A DNA stretch of 29,603 nt from a virus (taxonomy: Duplodnaviria > Caudoviricetes). The notes under the pieces were generated by a model. The model was not told the DNA's origin. It did no database searches and saw nothing but the letters and a program-made list of their open reading frames with translations. Shown piece after piece: positions 28,065 to 29,603 of this stretch; the first letter of the stretch is position 1; every line of letters starts with the position of its first letter. Location of the stretch: positions 1 through 29,603 of the IMG/VR virus record IMGVR_UViG_3300025838_001141. The stretch is one strand, 5' to 3'. Position numbers and translations under genes: made by a program.

Positions 28065-29429
28065 TTATTTACCGATGCAAAACGTGCTGAAGATGGAGTC
28101 GAGCAGATCTTCCGTGGAAGTTTTGCCGACCACTTCGCCGATGGCATCCGTGGCAATCCGCAATTCCATCGCCACCAATTCCAATTGCGGATTGACGCTA
28201 AAAACAGCAAGCGCCTGTTGGGCGGCTTCCCGCGCCCGAAGCAAAGCATTTTGATGCCGCGCATTGATCGTCACCTGTAGCATCTCCGCCTTGATTTCGC
28301 CGGCCCAGACCAGCGCTTTGATGGCGTCTTTCAAGGCTTCAATCCCCTGCCCGCTCCGGCAGGAAACATCCACGGCCACGGCGCCGGCCGGCAGAATCAA
28401 ATGCGTCGGCAAATCCGCTTTGTTGCGCACCAGAATGCGTTTTTTGGCCGCGAACTCGGCGAGTAGCCGTTCATCATCAACCGTCAAGCCCTCTCCGGCA
28501 TCAAGTACATGCAAAATCAATTCTGCTTGGGCCAGCGAGGCACGGCTGCGGCGAATGCCTTCGACTTCAATTTCATCCCGCGCTTCGCGCAAGCCGGCGG
28601 TGTCAATGAAGATGACCGGCAGGCCACGGATGTTGGCGGTTTCCTCAATGGTGTCTCGCGTCGTGCCCGCAATGGGCGAAACGATGGCGCGATCGCGGCC
28701 GAGCAATTGATTGAGTAGGCTGGATTTGCCCGCGTTGGGCCGGCCAATAATCGCCGCGCGAATGCCGCGCCGAAGAATCTGGCCTTCATTCGCAGTGCGC
28801 AGCAATTCATCCATGAAGGCGATGCCGTTTGCCAATCGCGCCTCCATTTTTACTTTCGTGTCCGGCGCAATATCTTCATCGGGAAAATCAATATGCGCCT
28901 CGACTTGGGCCAGCAGTAACATCAGGTCATCGCGCAGCACGTTGATGCGCTGCGATAATTTGCCGGCCAACTGCTCATTGGCGGCGGCGAGCGCGAGTTC
29001 CGTCCGCGAATGAATCAAATCCGCAACCGCCTCGGCTTGTGCCAGATCTATGCGTCCGTTCAGAAAAGCGCGTTTGGTAAACTCGCCTGGCTCGGCCAGC
29101 CGCGCGCCGTGGGCCAAAACGGCATCAAGCACTAACTTCGCGGGCAAAATTCCGCCGTGGCAAGAAATCTCAACTGTGTCCTCCCGGGTGAACGTGCGCG
29201 GCGCCCGCAACACGGCCAGCAGGACTTCGTCAATGACTTTGCCTCCGCGAACGATTTTGCCGAACTGGAGCGTGTGGGTCGGTGCGTTCGTTGCGGCTTG
29301 CGAACTTTTGCCCACCGGCTGAAAACAGCGGTCGGCAACAACAAACGCCTGCGGGCCGGAAAGGCGGATAACGGCAAGTCCGCCTTCGCCGAGCGGTGTG
29401 GCAATAGCGGCAATGGTATCGTCGAGCAT
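28065..29429 (-). CDS. mnmE: tRNA modification GTPase MnmE (TrmE)
   Basis: DTIAAIATP, GEFTKRAFLNGRIDLAQAEAV, GRPNAGKSS, GTTRD, DTAG, NKAD and C-terminal FCIGK; start at ATG 29429. Confidence 0.98.
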   Translation of the reverse strand: MLDDTIAAIATPLGEGGLAVIRLSGPQAFVVADRCFQPVGKSSQAATNAPTHTLQFGKIVRGGKVIDEVLLAVLRAPRTFTREDTVEISCHGGILPAKLVLDAVLAHGARLAEPGEFTKRAFLNGRIDLAQAEAVADLIHSRTELALAAANEQLAGKLSQRINVLRDDLMLLLAQVEAHIDFPDEDIAPDTKVKMEARLANGIAFMDELLRTANEGQILRRGIRAAIIGRPNAGKSSLLNQLLGRDRAIVSPIAGTTRDTIEETANIRGLPVIFIDTAGLREARDEIEVEGIRRSRASLAQAELILHVLDAGEGLTVDDERLLAEFAAKKRILVRNKADLPTHLILPAGAVAVDVSCRSGQGIEALKDAIKALVWAGEIKAEMLQVTINARHQNALLRAREAAQQALAVFSVNPQLELVAMELRIATDAIGEVVGKTSTEDLLDSIFSTFCIGK

Positions 29430-29603
29430 GGAGATATTAACAGTGGAGCACGAACAAATCGGCGAGCAAATCACAGCCGGCAATTTAGACGTGCCGGCAA
29501 TTGCCGATTTGATTTTCCGCCTCCCGACCTTGCAAAAAGAGGCGGGCTTTCTGGTAGCTTTTTTTCTGTAAATAATGGCGCAGCGTCGGATCGGTGCCCG
29601 GCG

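Noticed and set aside
29575-29603. Possible start of a divergent plus-strand gene (ATG GCG CAG CGT...)
   Set aside because: Only about 9 codons are visible at the window edge, too little to support a call.

Overview
Most of the window (about 1-27290) is the right-hand part of a temperate, podovirus-like prophage with all genes on the minus strand. It sits at the 3' end of an initiator tRNA-fMet gene (27294-27370) and is flanked by the host genes ydcF-like and mnmE. Gene order from the tRNA: tyrosine integrase, a block of fibre-like/exported proteins, holin- and spanin-like membrane genes (no endolysin recognised), terS, terL, an acidic protein and an HTH protein, portal, scaffold, major capsid, adaptor, SGNH esterase, nozzle, tail fibre, a cupin-like protein and ejection proteins running off the left edge. 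No replication, repressor or excisionase module is visible. The host is probably a Verrucomicrobiota (Pedosphaera/Limisphaera-like) bacterium; this is an inference from SD-less A-rich starts and TN-rich exported proteins. Two signals stand out. (1) A 22-bp imperfect palindrome (GTAACC-N10-GGTAAC-like) occurs five times, each time directly upstream of a virion operon and in three cases over a clear sigma70 -10 box, suggesting the late genes are split into separately repressed operons. (2) Several genes embedded in the virion modules carry Sec/lipoprotein signal peptides and are strongly enriched in the Thr-Asn dipeptide, unlike the cytoplasmic virion proteins, and one is an exported collagen-stalked counterpart of a tail-fibre domain. 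All assignments are by eye from motifs and synteny; no database search was run.
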